Shown here: positions 48,401-58,370 of the stretch, piece after piece
How positions within the stretch are numbered: the first letter of the stretch is position 1
Layout of the letters: each line of letters begins with the position of its first letter
Source of the DNA: Flectonema sp. DT1601
Lineage: Eukaryota
DNA: 64,000 bases
Reading direction: 5' to 3'
Assembly: GCA_964019425.1 (NCBI GenBank)
Contig: OZ025788.1
Span: 434,001 to 498,000, forward strand
The notes under the pieces: model-generated
The model's input: the letters and a program-made list of their open reading frames with translations, nothing else
Told to the model about the DNA's origin: nothing
Databases searched by the model: none
Program-made: the position numbers and the translations under genes

Positions 48401-51400
48401 GACTAGTCACTGGATGTTGATATTCGGAAAGAATAAATTAAAACAAACAATATTTGAAAAAATCTTCTTACCCCACGGTAATGATAAGACCTTCCGTTCT
48501 GTGCTATCTTTACCTCTTGAGATTTGTACTCTTGAGAGCTGTGAACGTGTAGATCTTGTGAAACCTTTACCGGGAACACAACAAGCTTTATTATTTATCC
48601 TTACATCACGATGGAAAACAGATGCTGATGGATACTATATAGTTTATAGGTTCGACATGGAAAAGCTTAAGGATCACGCAAAACAAGTTTATACGTGTTC
48701 AGCAAAAGATTGTTGGGAGGTTTTGAGAAACACTGGAGGACGTATTGGTGTGTCTGATGCGGTCATTGACCAAGATTCAGGATTCATCTACGCTGTTGTT
48801 GGAAGAGGTTGTAAAGATGTTGACGTCGCGAGGACTCCAACTCAAATGGTTCAATTCACAAGTGACACGTTAAAATCGGGTAACTCTCGAGTGTTTCAAG
48901 AAAAGGAAGTCCTCGGATTGAATCCGAACTCAGAAATTGCCGTAGCAATGCACGCAGACCGAGAGAGACGAGCAATCTTCATATTGTCAACAAAAGATAG
49001 CACCTCAACAATATCTGTTGCAAACATGTACGACGTTTTATCAGTAACACCTGAAGCAGTTGATGCTGGAGGTGGTACTGTTGTTAGTGTCACTGGTATT
49101 GGGTTCCCACATCCAAAAATCTTCACTTCACCGACACTACTTATTGGAGACACAATCTCTACGGATTGTGAGATTATCCCTTCAACAGTGTATCGTGAGT
49201 TACCTTCGGTTATAATTTGTACAGCAAGGAAACCAGTTAGCTATATCTCATGTCAAGGCCTTACTTTGGAAGTATCGGTTGATGGTGATAAACGTTGGAC
49301 AGAATCTGAAATTGGGATTTCATACATCAGCACTCCTCGAGTACTTCAAATTGGAGCGAAGAAGATTGGAGGCTCTTGGACCTTCCCTCATGAAGAAGGT
49401 GTTTACCCAACTAAGCCTCATCAAGTTGTGTCATTCCAGAAAAAGGCTCAAGCAATCTCAGACACGATTACCATCCCAGGTCCTGAGGATTATTACGATG
49501 TTACAATTGATAATTTCGATCGCAAAGTTCGAATTCATCAAAGAGAAGACACAGGTTGTTACGGACCAGCTAATGTGGATGTTGTAGTTACTGTTTTTGG
49601 ATCTGGTTTCTTACCTCGTGACACAATGCGTTGTAAATACAACAACGCTGATCCTGTTTATGGTACCTTCTTAACTGCTATGAAAGCACTTTGTCTGGTA
49701 CCTGCTCATGAAGAACCCTTCTCATCACTAATTGAAGTGACTGTAGACGGACAAACATATTCTGACAGGAAGGGTGTTGAACAGAGATACACTTCTATTG
49801 GTGCAGTAAGTCAGTTGGAAGTATTCTCTGTGTGCAGCGACGGTGGAACAATATGCGATGCTGAGATTCAAATAAAATCAGGAGAACCACTTCCGAGAGT
49901 ATTTATTATCTTAAAAGACAAGAATAAGAATGTACTTGGAGAGACCTGGACGCCGATGAACAATAACGGAATAGATCGGGTTGAAGCTTTGTGGCGTTGG
50001 AAATCAAGCGAATCAACACCAAGGCCAACGCCAACTGCAGTTGACCGCAATTCGGAATTTCCACCAGTAGAATACACAGACGTGTCTGGGGGAATCGCAT
50101 CATTCGAAGAGCTGCTATTCCCAAGACCTCAAGAAGGTGATTACATTGTAACTTTTACATACAGAACACCTGATCGAATATTTGAAAGTTTTCTGCAAGT
50201 TTCAGTTTCTGGTGGTGATCCTTACGAACTACAGTTCATTCGAGAACCATCAGAGTTTAGTAACAACAGAGATCCTCTCACTCAACAGCCTCTGTTTAAA
50301 CTCGTTGATGAGGCAGGTAACGCTGTTAGAGATCTTCAGAAAGACTTCGACTTTACAATTGTGGCCAGCATTGAACTCTTTGAAGATGATGATCACTTCC
50401 GTTATGACGATCTTGTTATTGAAGATGCTGCGTCTCAACTTGATCCTGACTTGGCAACTTACGTTTTTAAAAAACTTCGTATTCAGTCACACACTAAGAG
50501 AGGTCGAAGTCTTCAGTTTAAAACCGTCACGGTAGGAACTTATCACGAGTTGGTTCGAAATTACTTTTACGTTGTGTTTAGAGTTGAGCACAGGGGAACT
50601 TTCATAGACACACCATCGATGAGAAAAAAGGTACGCATGACCATATCCGACTGCAGTACATCTTACCTTGGAGCTAGGAAACTCGCTTGGGTAGAACCTG
50701 AAGAGCAACCGGTAAACTCAATTGTCCCAATTACTGTTAAGGGTTTTGAGTTCTTTGATACTAAAACAACTGAAGGATCAAACGGACAATACTACTGCGT
50801 ATTCCGTAATGTTAATAATGCTTGGCTTCATCAAGTTAAGGCTTCATTTGTTGATAGTTGTACATTGCTGTGTGACTTGCCTACTAGTGAGTTCAGAGAA
50901 AGTCCTAAAATGACACGTGTGGCTCCGGCTCTTCGTTGTGTTGATTCAAACGGGGATTTGTCGGAAGATGAAAACCGTTGCGTTGACCAAGCCGTGAAAC
51001 CATTCAACGAAACGGGTATCAAGGTGGAATACTACCACAGATATGTTGGTCCTGGAACAGCTATCAGAATGTGGAACACGGAAGTTGTATTACCATCATG
51101 GAGAAAGGAGTTTTCACCATACACCAGATCTCTATCTGAAGAGACGGGAAGAGCTCAGCTTATCACACTTGATAGTAAGCACGCAATGGGTGTGAGGAGA
51201 ATAAACTCTGGTGACTACCTAAATCATCAACGAGAACACGACATGTTTAACTATTCTGTACTTCAACTGGCGAGAAATATTATGAACGAAGATTCCGTAA
51301 TTAGATCAGAAGAATGGGTGACTATAGCGGGAGGTAAGTTCTGGACTGACATTGATAAGGAATGGCAACATGGTGATATTGTTAAGAAGTTGGAACTTTT

Positions 51401-54400
51401 AGATCCGGAGGACCGCGATTTCTCACTGCGAGTAGCAATAACTGACGACAGTATTGGCATCAATGGATGGAGGGGATCGTGGATATCTGACCATGAAATG
51501 TTATCAACACTGGAACTTAATCCGATGGCTGATAACAGTCGTTCTGGTGTTAATGTTCGTCTGGATATTATTCCTGAGAGTAACGTCTCAGCAGTCGTAA
51601 TTGAAACTGGGGGATCTATTTCGTCATCTGCGAGAATACTTAAAATGGTATCCTCGTATGGTGAATTCCCTCAAATTAGACTCAAATCACCAGATACTGG
51701 ACTATACTACTTGAGAGTATCAGTCGCTGGTGGTACAAATTTAAGGATCGCTGAGACTACCATCAGAGTTATTGAAGGTCTTCCGTACAAAGCAGATTTT
51801 AGTGACGCATCAGTCATACCGAGAACGACGTTGACAAGAGCGGTATCGTTGACTGTTCAACCATCATTTGTTATGCTTGATAAATCTGGAAATCGAGTAA
51901 AGGAATTCACGAAAGCCAATGACATCTATGTTAGGGTTGCAATGATGGAACCATGGCCTAGATGTATTAGAGATCATACTGACTGTGTTCAAAAGAACAC
52001 AGGATGTCCTAAGCCAAGTGATCCAGGAATGTGGGGAGTCGAGGAACGATCAGCCAAATGGTTTGGAACAATGACTGAAAGTGATTTTAATTTCTGTCAT
52101 TGGGCGACTCCTCCACTTGAAGACCAATCACAAGAAGCTGATTACTACAGGACTAGTTACGATCCGAAGTTTGATGAAAACGGACTCGCGGCGTACGGAG
52201 TCGCTGGGCTAACCAGAACTGATCTCACTATCTGGGCAGAACTAGCTGACCAGTCATTTAATGTTAGCTGGGAGTTCTATGGTGATGCTCTTGATAAGTA
52301 TGGATACAAGATTGCTCCTGTTTCATTAAAACAGAGGATTCAAACTTCGAGATGTGCTTCAGGCTGTAGCAACAAACTAATTTGTGAAATCGAACCAACT
52401 TCGGTAAGCATCAATGACGCTGCTGGTAGAGAAGATGGAGTGGGAACAGATGTTGTAATTTATGGTGATTTCTTAGAGTTTGCTAACAGTCAGCACGCAG
52501 ACAATCAGAGGTTAAGAGTCGCCTTCCTTTTTAACGTGAACAGAACCGAAGATACTTGTGTTGTTAGAGCAGAATTGAGAGATCCTTGTTCTATTGTGAC
52601 TACTCATCCAACGTGTCACTATCTCTGTCAAAACTATTACAGTCCTGAAGACTATAGTTGGGAAGACAGAGTATCATGTTGTCAAACAGGAAAGAAATCA
52701 GATCTATCTCAATGCTTAGAACGAAGATCTGGAACTGTCATATCCCGAGCTGTAAAGACTCTTGAGATGGATGCACCATCAGAGTTAATTGAGTCTAGAC
52801 AAGTGGCATCATTACAAACAACAATTGGAACTCAAACTATTCAAACAGTGGTGTCAAGTCCAAGTACGAGTAGTATTAAGGTTACAACTCGTTGTCCTTC
52901 TTTAACACATTGCGCAGAAGCTCTCAATTTAGAAAGCAACTCTACTGGTCCATCCCGAGTTGGTAGCGCTGCTCAATTCGGTATCGTCACATCACAGAGA
53001 CTTCTTGGAATACAAACGAATAAATCTGCCAGAGTTGTTGGTCCTTACCACGTTATGATATCTGTTAAGGATGCTATTGGAACAGATCTTTTTGAACGCG
53101 ACAATGTTATTGGTCGCCGTGTACGGATCTTCGTGGAAGGTCGCAGCAACGACGATTCGAAATCCTGGGACGGACCAGATACGTTCTCTCAACTAAAACA
53201 TCACGACTGTGCTTACAGTAATCAAACTGACGTTGTTAGTCAATGTGTTGAATTTCCGCATGGTGATACAGCTGCAGTTGTAAATGGTACCGCCCTTCTA
53301 ACATTCAACCTGATAAGTCCTTTATCAAGAGATTACGGTGTGAGACTTATTGATGTCACACCTCCGGAACTGAATATTCCTTTGTTACCAAGTTGTGAAC
53401 GTAACCATATCGGGCAATTACCGTACATAGACTCATATAAGTGTGCTTCACCAACAGGGGACTTCAGGCACATCCACAACTTCTATGTAAGCAGAGGTGA
53501 GCCTCACCATCTTGGGTGGGGAGCTCAACCAACTGAGTTGATAACAAACTTCTTAGCTGAAACAGTTGAATACTCGGTTCAAGTACTCGACTTCGCTGGT
53601 AACGTGTTGAACGCAAACGAAGTGGTGCCGAGATCGAGTGCTGAAGCTGGAAGCACAAGTTTTTATATCAAACTTTCAACTGAAGTAGAACAGCTCAGAG
53701 ATCCACTAAAGTCACCAACGTTATTCGATCGTCGTAATGAACCTTGGACAGATATGAGACGTAAAGAGTTGGAAGCCTTAGCATGTTCTTTTGACCTGAC
53801 GAAATCTGTTGAGCGAACGGATACCTTCCCAAGTCACAGTACGTATCAAAGTGGCAGCAATACTTTAATTAGGTTTAATTTAAGGAGATTCAAAATATGG
53901 AACGGAATGAAATGCAAACTTTCGTTCACTGTGGACAGCACGATGCCAAACGCGGCAGAGATAAACGCTGCCTCCTCAGTGTCTGTTCACGTTGCTCCAA
54001 ACCCTTGCTGTCGGAGTACTAATGGCAATGGTTGTAGTCAGTTTGGATATTCGTTTGAATTCGGTTGTTGGAATTATCAAATTGATGAATTGATAAGCGG
54101 CCCTAGAAACCCAGCGACCTCAATAGGACTGAGAGGGGTAGCAAGATCTCAACCGTATGCCTGTTTAACAGAGTGTGGTGAATGTGAAGAAGGATTGGTG
54201 TGTGATGGAACCACTGAAATAAGAAACAAGGATGGCTACTGGAGAGAACCGGTCACATACAAAGCACATGAATGTGAATCTGGATGCAAAGCAGGACAGC
54301 TACCTGCACTTGACGCGACGGTAACTGACCGTATTCGTGGAGACTCGCAATGCCGAACTGGATCTGAAGGTCCATTCTGTGGGATCTGTGTCCGTGACTC

Positions 54401-54614
54401 CTTCGAAGACGCCCCATACGGATACGGAAAATCATCAGAAGACTGTGCTGCGTGTTACACTCCTTTCACAAACTACTTCGTACTTGTCATTACAGCTATT
54501 GCCTTGTTAATTGTAATTATTATAATGGTTGCCGTCAACATGAACACCGGCATTTATGTTACTGAAGCCCCTCAGGTTTCTGTAATGATAAAAATTCTTA
54601 TGAATCACCTTCAG
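15402..54614 (+). CDS. Giant surface/receptor-like protein, exon 1 (13,071 codons): signal peptide, modular ectodomain and first TM segments
   Basis: Uninterrupted 39,213-nt frame starting with a signal-peptide-like MTVSGFMKPLCVVLFLVTIVTG. It ends at ...NHLQ (CAG 54612-54614) followed by the donor GTATGT. The QTKPN tail in the ORF track is read-through into an intron. Confidence 0.9.
24300..24750 (+). repeat. 451-bp direct repeat, copy 1 (left edge of the GC-rich block)
   Basis: Matches 29112-29562 at an offset of 4812 bp with 5 substitutions by my alignment. Confidence 0.95.
29112..29562 (+). repeat. 451-bp direct repeat, copy 2 (right edge of the GC-rich block)
   Basis: Near-identical to 24300-24750; encodes ATNFRAVVTSFVPTF...NLYVDDVAFSFD. 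Confidence 0.95.
29577..31133 (+). repeat. 12-bp coding minisatellite (CCAACGGTTACA and variants) encoding a ~520-aa (PTVT/TTVT)n mucin-like stalk
   Basis: Directly visible tandem array; occasional 9-bp units preserve the reading frame. Confidence 0.97.
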
Positions 54615-54837
54615 GTATGTTATCTGACACAATTTTTAAACCAAACCAAACCAAACCAAACCAAACCAAACCAAACCAAACCAAACCAAACCAAACCAAA
54701 CCAAACCAAACCAAACCAAACCAAACCAAACCAAACCAAACCAAACCAAACCAAACCAAACCAAACCAAACCAAACCAAACCAAACCAAACCAAACCAAA
54801 CCGAACCAAATCAATTAAAATCAATTAAAATCAACAG
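54615..54837 (+). other. Intron 1 of the giant gene (GT-AG, phase 0, 223 nt)
   Basis: CAG|GTATGT donor and TCAACAG|GTA acceptor; splicing gives NHLQ-VSALAGDFSVNWG in frame. Confidence 0.88.
54638..54810 (+). repeat. (AAACC)n pentanucleotide microsatellite inside intron 1
   Basis: About 34 near-perfect units, followed by two copies of AAATCAATTA. Confidence 0.97.
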
Positions 54838-54993
54838 GTAAGCGCCCTTGCTGGAGACTTCAGTGTCAACTGGGGGGCTGCTATGCAAGCATTCCTCGAT
54901 GGTGAACTAAAGACTGGACCGACTAGCAAAGCAGTTTCTTTAGAATGTATTGTTGAGTTTGACTACTACGATAAATTCATTTTCTGGATGATT
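54838..54993 (+). CDS. Giant protein exon 2 (52 aa: VSALAGDFSVNWGAAMQAFLDGELKTGPTSKAVSLECIVEFDYYDKFIFWMI)
   Basis: Stop-free 156 nt between an AG acceptor and a GTATGT donor; absent from the ORF track. Confidence 0.85.
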
Positions 54994-55082
54994 GTATGTA
55001 TTTTTTTTTCTTCTTTCTTTTTTGTTGTTGTTCTTGTTTGTTATGTAAAAAAATATGATTGAAAAAAACAACACCTCAACAG
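54994..55082 (+). other. Intron 2 of the giant gene (GT-AG, phase 0, 89 nt)
   Basis: ATT|GTATGT donor and CTCAACAG|ACA acceptor; splicing gives a continuous hydrophobic helix KFIFWMI-TPIIIIVIPGVVLSL. Confidence 0.88.
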
Positions 55083-58000
55083 ACACCCATAATCATAATT
55101 GTTATCCCTGGTGTCGTACTATCTCTCCGTAAGATGATGTTAAAGGTCAGCGTTAACTTATGCAATGAACTAAAGGAAACAACTTGTGAATGTCAATCAC
55201 CATATCATTGGATATATGATTGGTACATTCCTGAAAGAGATAGAAGAGAATTACATCTGCTGTTAGAAGCTCAGACTAATGGACATGCTAATGGAGGAAC
55301 TATTGATATCGTAATGAGAGAATTAGTTCAACCTCGTCACAAGCACAACATGAAATTATCAGCTGCACAGTTAACTTATAAAACATCTGCTGTAAGACAG
55401 ACTACAACACCATTCAGAATAAGAAGACTAATTGACGGAGAACCAAGGTGGGAATCAACTATTGTATTAGGACGTCATGGATGTTGGTTGTGCTCATCAT
55501 GTTGTTTATTGGAACAATTGTTCCCAACTAGGGGAGTTGGTGCACCAGGAGATCCGAACTGTTCTTCACTTGAAGAATTAATAAACGGATCGTGGTACTC
55601 ATGTAAATACCCAGAACATGAAGTCACACCACGAGCACTGTACCAAACATTCAGAGGTGAGTTACTGGTTGCTTGCTTAGCAAGGCACAAAGTAAAGGAA
55701 GCCTTGCGATTTAGAAAGAGTCTCCCATCACTTGTTGAATTGGGAGAAATTATTGAAACTTGTTTCGGTAATGATTCTAGAGTTTCTTCAAAAGAGAAGT
55801 TGAAGAGGAAAGAATATCAACAACGAGCGACTCGCTTAAAAGATTCCGTCGAAGACGAAACAGAAGTTATGTTTGAAGTGGATGAGCTCCTCGATGAGAT
55901 GTTCGTCAATCAAGAGGACGATACCACAACGAGTTTTGATACGTACGCCAAACGACTATCTTCATACGCTCTCGCCAGTATGCCTCCTTACCCTGATAAG
56001 GTACCTCAACATGCACCATTCGCTATTCCTGACAAGCATAGGAGTGAGAGAGAAGAACATGGCATAACGTGGTCAGCGTTCGCTGATAATCCAAAACTTA
56101 AAATCAACGAACACGATCCAAAGTTGTCCATTACGCGTAAGAGAGAAACTGCGTTTGAACGAATTCTGTACGAGAATGACGGAATTAAATTAGTTAGCCA
56201 ACAGCAAGAGAGTTCCAAAGACAACCTCACAATGTCGAGGGAACACAGAGCTGGAGAAGCTGTTTGGCAGATTAAGAGAACTGATCCTGTAACCAAAGAA
56301 ACAAAGCAATGGATTACTAGACAAGGTCCTGCTACACCTCCAAGAACACCACCTCAACATTTATTAAATACTGATGAAGGGCGTCAAGTTACTGTTCCGT
56401 CGTTCGTACTTTCGAAGAAGAGGCCAGAAAAGCTTCCAAAGTGGTATCGTGATTTTGTTATACCATATCGTCTTGGATCGAATAATCCAAGGACAAAGAG
56501 AGATATGGTATCTTTACCAGCAACTGGTGAAGGACAACCTGTCTTTGATCTTCTTAACTTATCTACGAAGATTCCTTGTAATGAATTGTATGCCATGACC
56601 CGTCTACGTAGGGCCCGTGACAAGCTCGATGAATGGAAGAGTCGTGGATACACTGACGATGAAATAAAACAAAGATTTGTAGCAGTGGAAGAAGCGATTG
56701 TTAAAGAGCAATTAAGTACTCAATTGGCTGATGAGGAGGAAGTTCTTCATTTCGATGACGAGGTGTTAAGGAAATCTTTAACAATGGTCAACGGAAAGTC
56801 GTTCATTAAAAGTATGTACCTTAAAAACGGGCGGGACGAGAAGGACCACGTTGAAGATGTTGAAGTTCGCAAAGCCATGTTAGTCGAAGCCGATAAAAAG
56901 ATGAATGTTATTGAGGAATGTCAAGTCTGCTACAGTGATTTTGCAGTTTGGTTCTGCCCTCATCACAACAAGTCTTACTGTGAGCAATGTTATGAAGGTA
57001 TCCATCGGTTCGGAGCTGAACAGGGTCACAGAAAGTATAAATTAGCACCACAACCAAAGATGTCACATCTTGCTGAAGAAGGAGGAATCATAGTAACACG
57101 TACAAGAGATGTGTACACTGTAGCAGTGTTGGTTATTATATTCTTGATGTATCCTTCTTTGATGAAAGAAATTGCATTAATGTTGAACTGCACTGACACG
57201 ACCTGCGTTGACAGTAACACATGTCACCCCTTCCTTGTTGAGGATCCTTCAATTGATTGTTCCACATCAAAGTACGCGACTTATAAATTAATGTCTTTAA
57301 TTTTGTTCTTTTTGTATGGATTTGGTCTTCCTCTTGGGGGTTGGGCAATACTGTACCGCAACCTAAGGGGACTTCGTACAAAAGAAGTGATGGCGACTTT
57401 AGGATTCTTGTATTCTGGTTATAGACAAAAGAGATGGTACTGGGAGATGGTTATAATGGTAAGAAAGATGTTTATGGTGTTCATCGTAGTCTTTTTAGCT
57501 AGAAATGCGGAATACCAACTTTGGGCAGCAATGTGGACGATAGCGTTCTTTCTGTTCTTGAACGTTACTTTGAGACCTTTTAAATTTACTATTCTCTGGG
57601 TACTTGAGAATATTTCACTCATCTGTATGGTAATCACTCTCAATTTGGCGATGTTTTATTTTTCAAATCTGAACACAACGGAGTTGGCATTGCTGACATG
57701 GTCGATTGTGGGATTCAACGTTTCGGTACTCATGGTATTCGTTTTGTTCATTGTTAGAGACTTGGTTAAGGAAATCACTAAAATAGTTGACACTGATGGT
57801 GATGGAAACATTGGTTGTGATGAGGCTAAAGATTACCTTCAAGGTTTGTATCAGAATAATAAACCAAAGTTCCTCCGACGTCGTCAAGATGTGATAAAAG
57901 AAAATGAACGCGTTGAAAGACGTAGGAAATGGTTAGGAATTGATATGATGCAACGTCGTCACAAACAAAAACTACAACCGGAAAAGACTCTCGACTGTAC

Positions 58001-58370
58001 TTCTTCATACGGATACTGGATGGAGAAGTATGATGCAGAAATAAAGGGAGAAAATAGATTCGCATTTGTCGAACGCAAGGCTGATGACTTCCGCGAAAAA
58101 ACATGTCATCAAAAGAAGCAACTATCAATGGATGAAGTGTCTAGTTTCTGGGGTATTGTGTATGGTGAAATTACTGAGCAGCCTAACAACTCTTCAGGTT
58201 TTATTGTGCCTCAAAATGAATTGCTAAACATCTCTCCGGAAGAGGAATATCCAGACCAGATGAACCCAATTGATGTCCCTGACTCATTACCTTCGACTCC
58301 TTCAATCACCTTTAGAGAAGATATGGAATATTCGCCTGCTGGAAGAGCAGATAGCGAGAACCAGTCTTAG
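55083..58370 (+). CDS. Giant protein exon 3 (1,095 aa): long cytoplasmic loop with B-box-like Zn finger, six more TM helices, EF-hand tail
   Basis: In frame with the 55059..58370 ORF. Contains CQVCYSDFAVWFCPHHNKSYCEQCYEGIH...GH (56919-57030), FLMYPSL, LGFLYSGYRQKRWYWEMVIMVRK, LRPFK and DTDGDGNIGCDE (57789-57824). Confidence 0.9.
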   Translation, partial: TPIIIIVIPGVVLSLRKMMLKVSVNLCNELKETTCECQSPYHWIYDWYIPERDRRELHLLLEAQTNGHANGGTIDIVMRELVQPRHKHNMKLSAAQLTYKTSAVRQTTTPFRIRRLIDGEPRWESTIVLGRHGCWLCSSCCLLEQLFPTRGVGAPGDPNCSSLEELINGSWYSCKYPEHEVTPRALYQTFRGELLVACLARHKVKEALRFRKSLPSLVELGEIIETCFGNDSRVSSKEKLKRKEYQQRATRLKDSVEDETEVMFEVDELLDEMFVNQEDDTTTSFDTYAKRLSSYALASMPPYPDKVPQHAPFAIPDKHRSEREEHGITWSAFADNPKLKINEHDPKLSITRKRETAFERILYENDGIKLVSQQQESSKDNLTMSREHRAGEAVWQIKRTDPVTKETKQWITRQGPATPPRTPPQHLLNTDEGRQVTVPSFVLSKKRPEKLPKWYRDFVIPYRLGSNNPRTKRDMVSLPATGEGQPVFDLLNLSTKIPCNELYAMTRLRRARDKLDEWKSRGYTDDEIKQRFVAVEEAIVKEQLSTQLADEEEVLHFDDEVLRKSLTMVNGKSFIKSMYLKNGRDEKDHVEDVEVRKAMLVEADKKMNVIEECQVCYSDFAVWFCPHHNKSYCEQCYEGIHRFGAEQGHRKYKLAPQPKMSHLAEEGGIIVTRTRDVYTVAVLVIIFLMYPSLMKEIALMLNCTDTTCVDSNTCHPFLVEDPSIDCSTSKYATYKLMSLILFFLYGFGLPLGGWAILYRNLRGLRTKEVMATLGFLYSGYRQKRWYWEMVIMVRKMFMVFIVVFLARNAEYQLWAAMWTIAFFLFLNVTLRPFKFTILWVLENISLICMVITLNLAMFYFSNLNTTELALLTWSIVGFNVSVLMVFVLFIVRDLVKEITKIVDTDGDGNIGCDEAKDYLQGLYQNNKPKFLRRRQDVIKENERVERRRKWLGIDMMQRRHKQKLQPEKTLDCTSSYGYWMEKYDAEIKGENRFAFVERKADDFREKTCHQKKQLSMDEVSSFWGIVYGEITEQPNNSSGFIVPQNELLNISPEEEYPDQMNPIDVPDSLPSTPSITFREDMEYSPAGRADSENQS

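Noticed and set aside
54638..54810. AAACC array as a telomeric repeat or CRISPR array
   Set aside because: It is a 5-bp unit inside an intron, has no spacers, and is not TTAGGG-like
54615..54841. QTKPN / KPNQT / VWFGL repeat ORFs, including the tail of the 13,138-aa ORF
   Set aside because: They are translations of the intronic (AAACC)n microsatellite; a good donor precedes it and splicing restores the family-typical sequence
55059..55082. Independent start of the 1,103-aa ORF
   Set aside because: The start is TTG inside intron 2; the ORF is better explained as exon 3 of the giant gene
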